DNA of 64,000 nt, taken from positions 30,652 through 94,651 of the forward strand of contig DAOULV010000024.1 in assembly GCA_034416335.1 (NCBI GenBank). Reading direction: 5' to 3'. Below the pieces are notes generated by a model that made no database searches, was not told where the DNA came from, and worked only from the letters and a program-made list of their open reading frames with translations. A program made the translations under genes and the position numbers. Below are positions 58,333-64,000 of the stretch, one piece after another. This DNA is from Dehalococcoidales bacterium. Its GTDB lineage: Bacteria; Chloroflexota; Dehalococcoidia; Dehalococcoidales; UBA2162. How positions within the stretch are numbered: the stretch's first letter is position 1; each line of letters starts with the position of its first letter.

Positions 58333-58365
58333 AACAAGACCAACCAGGTGCACACAGAACCAGTC

Positions 58366-58394
58366 TTTACAAGGCAGGCGTATCACAATATAAT
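58366..58394 (+). promoter_or_regulatory. tRNA promoter
   Basis: TTTACA-17 nt-TATAAT upstream of the tRNA. Confidence 0.8.
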
Positions 58395-58429
58395 CAAGGT
58401 AGGCTGAAAATCCGACTTTCAGTTTTCGC

Positions 58430-58506
58430 GTCCCTGTAGCTCAGCCGGATAGAGCGGCTGCCTTCTAAGCAGCGGGTCGGGGGTTCGAATCCCTCCAGGG
58501 ACGCCA
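58430..58506 (+). tRNA. tRNA-Arg (anticodon TCT)
   Basis: Acceptor GTCCCTG/CAGGGAC, TAGCTCAG..GGATAGAGC D arm, GCTGC-CTTCTAA-GCAGC anticodon arm, GGTTCGAATCC, encoded CCA. Confidence 0.97.
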
Positions 58507-58527
58507 TAATTTAAAGCTAAAAGTAGC

Positions 58528-58560
58528 CCCGACACCTAAATCGGTATCGGGATTTTTTTT
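58528..58560 (+). terminator. Intrinsic terminator after tRNA-Arg
   Basis: CCCGACACC/GGTATCGGG stem (one mismatch) followed by A and T8. Confidence 0.8.
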
Positions 58561-58563
58561 GAA

Positions 58564-58584
58564 TGGCACTAATTTGGCACTAAT
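58564..58584. repeat. Tandem 10-bp direct repeat TGGCACTAAT (possible integrase arm-type site)
   Basis: TGGCACTAAT-T-TGGCACTAAT immediately after the tRNA terminator, at the start of the AT-rich segment. Confidence 0.5.
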
Positions 58585-58704
58585 ATTCAAATAAAGATTC
58601 TAACGGAATGGAATTGAAGGTAAAATAATAATAAAATCGCAGTGTTATATATAAATGGGGGTATGATTTTAGGAATTATTACTTTTAGTTTATTGCCGTA
58701 AAAC

Positions 58705-59985
58705 TTATATTATAGTTTGTGCTAAACTAAAAGCTTCTCGAAGAGTATTTTGAAAATCGGTATCATTCCCTCCGAAAAACTTCACAACATCCTCAAATTC
58801 TGGGAACACTCCAAATAAGAATTGACGTATTTGTTCATTGTTGAGGTACTGAACAAATTCCGGCGCATTTCTTTGAATCAAATACTCTTCCTTTGTAGGG
58901 CTCGTAGTATGGCTGATAGCTTCTAAATAAGTATAAAATCCAGACGGATTGTTTTTACAGAAATTGTGAAACTCGGGAAATCGGACTGATATTGCTGTTG
59001 AAAGAGCTAGAATTGGGTTAGGTTTGAAAATATGGAATAATGAAGGAGTTACGGTTTTGGCTAACTCCGTAAGCAGCGCAAAACTACTTGATAGACGTAA
59101 ATATAGTCGAGGATTGCCCTGTGCAGCCTGACTGATAACATACAGACAATCTTCAACTTGCATCTCATAAGGTATTAACTGTGTAAATAACTGCTTTAAT
59201 TGATCTGAAGATATTGGGGGGACATTAAAAGAATAATGGATAATTTTATCAAGGTATTCTCTATCAATCCCAGGTTTAATTCCATAATGTATTTGAATTG
59301 CTTTTTCGGCAACAGACCTATCTATACCAATGACAAACACACACGATGATACTGTTAAAAACAGCTTAAGTGCTTCCAATATTATTATTACGTTTTCTGG
59401 TAAGCATCTGTCTAGGTCATCAATAAAAATAACTAATCGCTTTGAACCATATTCTTTAAGATACGCTTTTACAGCAGCATCGAATTCAAAAGAGAATTTA
59501 TCTACTGCAGTCTGGAATCTTTTCCAATCGGCAACATCATCTTGGATTTCTTTTAGAGTAGGGAATGATATTCCCCCTGTTCCAACAATCGTTGGACTAA
59601 GCTTCATTTGTTTAACTAGTGATAATGAAATCTGAGCCCATTTTTTAGTTGCGTTCAATATCTTTGTTTTTGTGTCTTCATTTGCACTAGCATATATACC
59701 GTTAAGTATTTGATAGATAAGCGCACTCCTAACATCTTGTGTTCTATCATATTTCCAAGCTTCGAACCATATGGTGGGTATCTTGCCTCTTGAATGCTTA
59801 CTTCCACCTACTAGTCTTTTTCGTAATTGCATCATAAATGAAGACTTCCCAGAACCCCATGCGCCATATATACCGATAGTTATAGGTAAATCTCTCACCG
59901 AAGTATCTTTGATTAGTTTTTCAATGCCTATAACGTATGGTGTGAAACCCAACTTATCATTTTCGGTAGGATTGTCCAGACGCAT
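58705..59985 (-). CDS. KAP-family P-loop NTPase
   Basis: DKLGF, IGIYGAWGSGKSSF (Walker A), WFEAWKY, LVIFIDDLDRC (Walker B), FVIGID, YLDKII. RBS AAGGAGG before ATG 59985. AT-rich. Confidence 0.92.
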   Translation of the reverse strand: MRLDNPTENDKLGFTPYVIGIEKLIKDTSVRDLPITIGIYGAWGSGKSSFMMQLRKRLVGGSKHSRGKIPTIWFEAWKYDRTQDVRSALIYQILNGIYASANEDTKTKILNATKKWAQISLSLVKQMKLSPTIVGTGGISFPTLKEIQDDVADWKRFQTAVDKFSFEFDAAVKAYLKEYGSKRLVIFIDDLDRCLPENVIIILEALKLFLTVSSCVFVIGIDRSVAEKAIQIHYGIKPGIDREYLDKIIHYSFNVPPISSDQLKQLFTQLIPYEMQVEDCLYVISQAAQGNPRLYLRLSSSFALLTELAKTVTPSLFHIFKPNPILALSTAISVRFPEFHNFCKNNPSGFYTYLEAISHTTSPTKEEYLIQRNAPEFVQYLNNEQIRQFLFGVFPEFEDVVKFFGGNDTDFQNTLREAFSLAQTII

Positions 59986-60200
59986 CTTTTCCTCCTTAAT
60001 AGAAACCAGTATATCATATGAGTGCATTAAATCGGATAGTAATTCAGGTCAATCAACCCCAAAAATGACTTAATCCAGTCAACATCATCCGAATCTAATA
60101 GAGAAAGAAAGTAGAAAAATGTGGCAGATGGGAAAAGAGAAAATACGCCAGATTAGTTGATTTAAATGCCTGAATATCAGCTGTTCAAAATTGGATAGTC

Positions 60201-61016
60201 TTAGTCCTGTAGCTGGACGAAGACAGTCATAATCATCGGATGTTTTGCGTTGAACACACGCTGCTTGTTTATTATGTCGCGGGTATCGTTATTTTCAGCC
60301 AGGTTATCTTCGGTGGGAAGTATTATATCAGGTATCCTTGATATTCTTTCGTTAATTTCTTTCGGGGTGGAAGGTTTGATTAAATCGAAGGTGATGGCGA
60401 AACCATCGGATATCGTACCCTCGACCTGTTTAAATTCGCCCCCTACCGCCTCCTCCACGATACTGGTAAGTGATAACGAGCCGCTTATTGTTGCCGGCGG
60501 CAGAATCAATACTCTCAACTGGTTATATATCCTTACTTCATCCAGTATATCGGTATCACTTTTATCCGATAAATCATCCTGGTCTTCTTCCGTATCATCT
60601 TCATAATCGATACCTATCATCTGCCTGATGTTTTGATCAAATACGGTCTCCCCGGCATCCACCCGCTTTATCGCATCGACGAGGTCTTCGAGGTGAATAT
60701 CCTTTAACAGATAACCCTTGGCTCCCGCTTTCGTAGATTCGGAAACATACTGGTCGTACAGGGTGAGAACAATAACTTTACAGTCGGGAAACATTCTGGT
60801 TATCATTCTTGTCAGTTGAATCCCGTCCGTGCCGGGCATTCTGAGGTCGACGAGTATAATGTCGGGATTCACCATCGGGATTTTAGCCAGGGCTTCTTCG
60901 GCACTTGAAGCCTGGCCAACAACCTGAATTTCATTGACGATGTCGAGAATCGACGTAATGCCTTCCCGCACTATCAGGTGGTCGTCCACTATCATTACTT
61001 TAATCGGTTCCGCCAT
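60201..61016 (-). CDS. NarL-type receiver domain with a non-HTH C-terminal domain
   Basis: VMIVDDH, ILVDLRMP, VLT, GYLLKD, then an acidic linker and an unrecognised ~115-aa domain. Confidence 0.8.
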   Translation of the reverse strand: MAEPIKVMIVDDHLIVREGITSILDIVNEIQVVGQASSAEEALAKIPMVNPDIILVDLRMPGTDGIQLTRMITRMFPDCKVIVLTLYDQYVSESTKAGAKGYLLKDIHLEDLVDAIKRVDAGETVFDQNIRQMIGIDYEDDTEEDQDDLSDKSDTDILDEVRIYNQLRVLILPPATISGSLSLTSIVEEAVGGEFKQVEGTISDGFAITFDLIKPSTPKEINERISRIPDIILPTEDNLAENNDTRDIINKQRVFNAKHPMIMTVFVQLQD

Positions 61017-61057
61017 AATATCTTCAAACCTACATTAACATCCGTATAAATGTCGAA

Positions 61058-61729
61058 TCAATTATCCACCAGGTTTAAATTCTCATCGAACAAATCAGGC
61101 TGATTTCTGGCAAAAAGCGCCGCCTGGACTCTCTTCGTCATCTCCAGCTTGGTCAGAATATTGTGCACGTGAGTCTTAACGGTCTGCACGCTGATTATCA
61201 GCTCGTTCGAAATTTCTTCGTTGCTCTTGCCTTCGGCAAGAAGCTGCAGTACCTCAAGCTCCCTCGCAGTAAGCGACTTCAATTTATTATTTTCATCCGT
61301 CGTCGATATTACCATCATCAGTTTCTGGACGATTTCAGGATGAACGGCGGGCTTGCCGTTCACCACAGACCAGATTGCAGATACCAGTTCCTCCGGCAAA
61401 ATATCCTTCAGCATATATCCGTCCGCGCCGGCATTTATGGCGGGAAATACCTTATCGTTCTGCGTAAATACGGTCAGTACTATTATCTTTGTATCGGGTG
61501 AATCCTTCTTTATCTGGGTTATCGCCTGGATACCGTCCACCCTGGGCATATTTAAGTCCATCAGCACCACGTCTGGTCTGACTCTTAAAGCCATCGAAAC
61601 GGCTTCTTCACCATTTGCCGCTTCACCCAGGACCTCGAACTCTTTCTGGGTCTGCAGGTAGTTTTTCAGACCTTCCCTTATTAACTTGTGGTCGTCGGCA
61701 ATTAGAATACCTATTTTATTCTTATCCAT
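61058..61729 (-). CDS. NarL/LuxR-family response regulator
   Basis: IADDH, VLMDLNMP, GYMLKD, LTARELEVL..LAEGKSNEEIS..L.IS.QTVKTHV. Confidence 0.95.
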   Translation of the reverse strand: MDKNKIGILIADDHKLIREGLKNYLQTQKEFEVLGEAANGEEAVSMALRVRPDVVLMDLNMPRVDGIQAITQIKKDSPDTKIIVLTVFTQNDKVFPAINAGADGYMLKDILPEELVSAIWSVVNGKPAVHPEIVQKLMMVISTTDENNKLKSLTARELEVLQLLAEGKSNEEISNELIISVQTVKTHVHNILTKLEMTKRVQAALFARNQPDLFDENLNLVDN

Positions 61730-61812
61730 TTTTTCGCCTGATACCGATTTTCCCTGTCTGATTTATCATTTATCGCCTGTACTCGAATCCGTTCCTGCTC
61801 AACCTTCCGATA

Positions 61813-63372
61813 TTAATCCTGGAGATGCATTTCCAACGGCAAATCCAGCTGGACGGTTGTCCCCTGCCCGATTTTTGAACTAATGGCCAACTCTCCCTGC
61901 AAAAATTTAGCTCTTTCATTTATACTTCTTATCCCGATATGGTTTAAATAAAGACTTTCTTCATCTTCGGGAAAGGTAAAGCCTACTCCGTCATCGCGGA
62001 CTGCAACTATCAGTTTTTCCTTCTGAAACTCCAGCTTCACCTCGATTGTCGATGCCTGGGCGTGTTTCTTACTATTGGTAACCGCCTCCCTGACGATATA
62101 GTATATGGCTCTTTCGGTGCTGTACTTTAGTTTTTGCGCTTCACCGTTTACCTTCAGATAGCACTTAATTTTCCCTTCGTTATCGATAATACTGAGGTAT
62201 TCCTGTATTGCCGATATCAATCCGGACCGCTCCAGGTCCGGTGGATGAAGATCGCTGACGATTCTTCTTAAACTGTGAGTGCTTTCCAGCAAACCCTTGG
62301 CGGTAGCCAGTAGTTTTGCGTCTATCTGCTCCATATTCTCCTGAAGAAGCGCCCTGCAGGCCTGAATTGAAAACTGGGACGCCACGATGGACTGTATCGG
62401 ACCGTCATGCAGCTCAAGGGATATTCTTAACCTCTCATCCTCCGTGTTCTTGATTACCCGCCTGAGCAGGTCTTCGACCTCAAGGTGCGCTTTCTCCAGA
62501 CTGTCGTACAACCGCGAATTGGATATTGCGATGCTGCTCTGGCTGCAGAGCGTTATCAAAAAATCAATATCGCTCTCTCTCAAAGGTTTGTGAGGAGGCA
62601 TTTTCACTACTTTCAAGACGCCTATAGCCGCATTTCTGCTTACAAAGGGGATATATATTTCGTAGCCGGAGTCTATAAGGTGAATGTCCTCCCAGTCCTC
62701 GTATATCTTCACGTCACCCGTCGAATATACAATCGGTTTCATCGTGGATGAAACCTGCTGTTTCATATCTTCGCTGTTTTCCCGGGCATCTTCGGAATAG
62801 CTCGATAGAATCTTATTAGAATAATGCTTGGTCCTGTCCCGGTTTTCATCCCAGAGTGTCACCTCGACGTGGTCCCCATCCGTTTCCGCATCCACGGTTT
62901 CCAGGATAATCCCGACGATTTTTTCTTCATCCAGTTCAGAAAGCAGCCGGTTATTAAGTTCGAAAAGTGGTAATAACGCCTTGAGCCGGGCGTTTTCTTT
63001 TCTGGTATTGCCTCTGGCCATAGCGTCTTCGATACTTATCTGCAGGTCGTCGATAGTGACCGGTTTGCGCAGAAACCCGATCGCCCCGTATTCCAGGGCT
63101 TCGATGGCCGTATCCATCGTACCGTGACCGGTAAGCATCACAACCTGGACATCGGGCACTATCTCTATTGCCCGGCGCAGTACTTCGATTCCATCCATAC
63201 CCGGCATTCTTACATCCAGAAGCAGCAGGTCGAATGATTCGTTCTGAATCAGTTCAAGGGCTTCTTCACCTGATGCAGCACCACGAGCGTCGTAACCTTT
63301 CCTTTGAAGGAGTGCTACGCTGGATTCCCGTATACCTTTTTCGTCATCGATTACTAGTATCTTTTCAGGCAT
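61813..63372 (-). CDS. Hybrid REC-GAF-HisKA_3 histidine kinase
   Basis: REC (LVIDDE, LLDVRMP, LTGHG), GAF-like middle, ERLRISLELHDGPIQ, REAVTNSKKHA, VRDDGVGF, IGIRSINERA. Confidence 0.92.
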   Translation of the reverse strand: MPEKILVIDDEKGIRESSVALLQRKGYDARGAASGEEALELIQNESFDLLLLDVRMPGMDGIEVLRRAIEIVPDVQVVMLTGHGTMDTAIEALEYGAIGFLRKPVTIDDLQISIEDAMARGNTRKENARLKALLPLFELNNRLLSELDEEKIVGIILETVDAETDGDHVEVTLWDENRDRTKHYSNKILSSYSEDARENSEDMKQQVSSTMKPIVYSTGDVKIYEDWEDIHLIDSGYEIYIPFVSRNAAIGVLKVVKMPPHKPLRESDIDFLITLCSQSSIAISNSRLYDSLEKAHLEVEDLLRRVIKNTEDERLRISLELHDGPIQSIVASQFSIQACRALLQENMEQIDAKLLATAKGLLESTHSLRRIVSDLHPPDLERSGLISAIQEYLSIIDNEGKIKCYLKVNGEAQKLKYSTERAIYYIVREAVTNSKKHAQASTIEVKLEFQKEKLIVAVRDDGVGFTFPEDEESLYLNHIGIRSINERAKFLQGELAISSKIGQGTTVQLDLPLEMHLQD

Positions 63373-63389
63373 TCCACGCTCACTTTCTA

Positions 63390-64000
63390 TCAGGCTCTCG
63401 GGAGTCTAATGGTAAATCTCGTACCTTGATTTTCCTCACTTTCAACTTCAATTGTCCCATTATGCTCTTCGACAATACTCCTGGTAACCGTTAAACCCAG
63501 GCCGGTTCCGTTTAACTTGGTAGTATATAATGAATCGAATATTCTATCGATCACTTCTTTCGGCATTCCCAGCCCTGTATCGGAGATAATGAAAACAACG
63601 TTGTCGTCTTCTACTCGGGTCGAGACATCTATCCTGCCGCCAGCAGGCATAGCATCGCTGGCGTTTGCAAACAGATTTAACAGGACCTGCCTGAGCTGTT
63701 CCATGCTGGCATTAATCAGCGGAGCTTCCATTGAATAGTCTTCGTGGATTTCTATATCTTCGGTCTTGGTCCGGAGCCGGATAAGGGTAACTACCGTTTT
63801 AGTAACGTCGTTCAGGTCAATAATTTCCCTGGATGTTCTTTCTTTCCGGGCTATACCGAGAAGTATTTCAACGATATTCCGTGCTCTCAGGGCTTCGGTT
63901 TCTATAATCTTGGCGTCTTCCCGCATAGGATTGGATTCACCCAGGTCTTCATAAAGAATAGTCCCGTAATTAATCACACTCTGGAGGGAATTATTAACTT
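63390..64000 (-). CDS. Sensor histidine kinase, C-terminal part (5' end outside window)
   Basis: Frame is open to the window edge, reading VNNSLQSV (H-box tail). QVLLNLFANASDAM, ISDTGLGM, TTK..GTGLGL. Confidence 0.92.
   Translation of the reverse strand, partial: VNNSLQSVINYGTILYEDLGESNPMREDAKIIETEALRARNIVEILLGIARKERTSREIIDLNDVTKTVVTLIRLRTKTEDIEIHEDYSMEAPLINASMEQLRQVLLNLFANASDAMPAGGRIDVSTRVEDDNVVFIISDTGLGMPKEVIDRIFDSLYTTKLNGTGLGLTVTRSIVEEHNGTIEVESEENQGTRFTIRLPRA

Noticed and set aside
58093-58386. Short ORFs over the repeat stack
   Set aside because: They are translations of palindromic elements.
60028-60200. attL/attR duplicate of the tRNA-Arg 3' end
   Set aside because: Only a 6-nt ACGCCA match was found, which is expected by chance, so the island boundary is not supported.
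1-64000. CRISPR array, cas genes, rRNA, intact IS or prophage
   Set aside because: No regularly spaced repeats, cas, transposase, integrase or phage structural motifs were seen.

Overview
Chromosomal window from an anaerobic bacterium, most likely Chloroflexota/Dehalococcoidia. This assignment is inferred from gene content: GreA with an N-terminal extension, PilMN fusion, DUF2520-pan operon, archaeal-type apgM/Thi4/Hps, and UroD-like paralogue. The backbone carries cofactor and tRNA-modification genes (selD with in-frame UGA-Sec, thi4, mnmA, fdhD, nadA, cinA, TPP-riboswitch thiC, pdxST, pan-RNA-led panG/D/B/C, miaA), lower glycolysis genes (tpiA, apgM, pgk, dxs), and a type IV pilus operon bracketed by c-di-GMP enzymes and a membrane/V4R module. 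A small catabolic cluster, tRNA-Arg(UCU) and a two-component phosphorelay are also present. Four AT-rich micro-cassettes without mobility genes interrupt the backbone: a solo HEPN-like gene (849-1898), a TdeIII/MjaII-like R-M pair (14730-17097), a translationally coupled wHTH + HEPN-wHTH pair (37513-38801), and a KAP NTPase behind tRNA-Arg (58705-59985). Several palindromic REP/MITE-like elements are also present. The best candidates for undescribed systems are the wHTH/HEPN-wHTH pair and the membrane-V4R-HD-GYP/pilus module. All calls come from motif recognition by eye; no database searches were run.
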